Below are positions 62,801 through 64,000 of a stretch of 64,000 bases of DNA, piece after piece. The notes beneath the pieces were generated by a model. It searched no databases. It was not told the DNA's origin and saw only the letters and a list, made by a program, of their open reading frames with translations. This DNA comes from Camelus dromedarius (Eukaryota): positions 48,610,001-48,674,000 of the forward strand of contig NC_087437.1 in NCBI RefSeq assembly GCF_036321535.1. Direction: 5' to 3'. The first letter of the stretch is position 1. The number at the start of each line of letters is the position of its first letter. The position numbers and the translations under genes are program-made.

Positions 62801-64000
62801 TGAGACAAACCAAGAGGATGGTCTTCTCATTCTGCGGGAAATATCAGGGACCAGTGGACTTGGGATGAGAAAAGCCAGCTCCAAAATCTGCCAGCAATAT
62901 CGTTCCACAAATAGTGGATTTGCTTAGCCTTTCAACCTCATATATTCTCCCATGTGCTTAACAATCCCACTCCTTTAGTCGAGTGTAGAGCGACATCCAC
63001 AGTGCACATCATCAGAGTGTTCTTACGCTCCAGGGTCCGTGGTAAACACAGAAAGATAAAGAAGACAAGCAGGAAGTAATATCCTGTGTCTTACGCTATA
63101 CCAGCAGTTAGTTAAAGAAATAAATATATATATATATATGTATTGGCTTTCTTTGCTTTCAGTACTGCTTTTCAAAATAATATAAAGATTCTCTCCTTTA
63201 CTTCTTTGTTCTTTTCTGAATTGTTCTCATAATCCTTACAATGAGCATGAATTATTTTTACAATCAGAAGAAAAATACTTTTTAACAACAATAATACCCC
63301 TCCTCTGGGCAAAAAAAGATCCTTGGGAGGTAATGGGGAGTGGGAAAACAGCAAACAAAAAACATACCCACCACATAACTACTGTATAGAAAAAGGTAGG
63401 GTAAAGATACAAAGAAACATGCATTTGTCGTGATGTACACACCATCCCCGCGCGCACAGTGTGAGAACAAGCCTGGTACGGTGCTACGGCTTGAATCTTC
63501 CATGCTGCTGTGTGGAGAAAGTACCACTCCACCGGGCTAAGAAATTTGGCATTTTTACAGTGAAGGCTTTAAGAGACACTGCAGAGAGGTGGCCTGCTTT
63601 AACTCAATGTACTATAGCTCACCACATAATATATGGGTAAGTTTACTCAAAGCACTTTTTATCAGCTGTCAATCTGTTTCTTAGCCTGCATTTGGCTACA
63701 TTTCTGGTAGCAAAGGAGAAAGCAGGATTATTCTGTGGTTCTTGCCCTAGGGGTACTAATTGCTGCCTATTACTTTAGTGAACTGTGTGTGGAAATAATT
63801 GCTGTTCTTTTGCTATGTTCTGTAGTATTATTCACATAAATCCTATGTGAAGCTAGATCTGTATACCATTACTCAGTCCGGTCAAAAGTGGATGATGTCT
63901 GTGTACATGCGCCTAGATAATTGGAAGTGGTTATGTCATCCCATGATGAGACCATTGAAGGTATATTGAGGCTTTCCTCTTGGAATCTGTTCAGTATGCC

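Overview
Mammalian nuclear DNA. Two tRNA-derived Vic-1-like SINEs and cetartiodactyl-type L1s, with no Alu seen, point to a camelid (inference). The window holds the last coding exon of TTC14 (+ strand, stop at 734-736). Tail-to-tail with it lies the complete, intact CCDC39 gene (- strand, ATG 50643-50645 to TAA 4190-4192). I resolved all 20 coding exons by hand: all introns are GT-AG and the exon lengths sum to 2826 nt, or 941 aa plus stop. A CpG-rich promoter sits at about 50.2-51.3 kb, followed by about 13 kb of repeat-rich upstream DNA. Introns and intergenic DNA are filled with L1, L2, MIR, MLT1/ERVL LTRs, hAT/Tigger DNA transposons and small-RNA retrocopies. Gene and repeat-family names come from recalled sequences, not from a database search. 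I see no convincing new protein-coding system, and most ORF-track entries are repeat-derived or spurious. The observations most worth a second look are: an old U6-L1 chimeric retrogene; a TSD-flanked L1 that keeps both ends but lacks ORF1 and the endonuclease; a tailless 7SL retrocopy; a Tigger2 MITE carrying MIR-like filler; a closely spaced inverted MLT1A pair; and RFX/E2F/MYB motif clusters at and upstream of the CCDC39 promoter.
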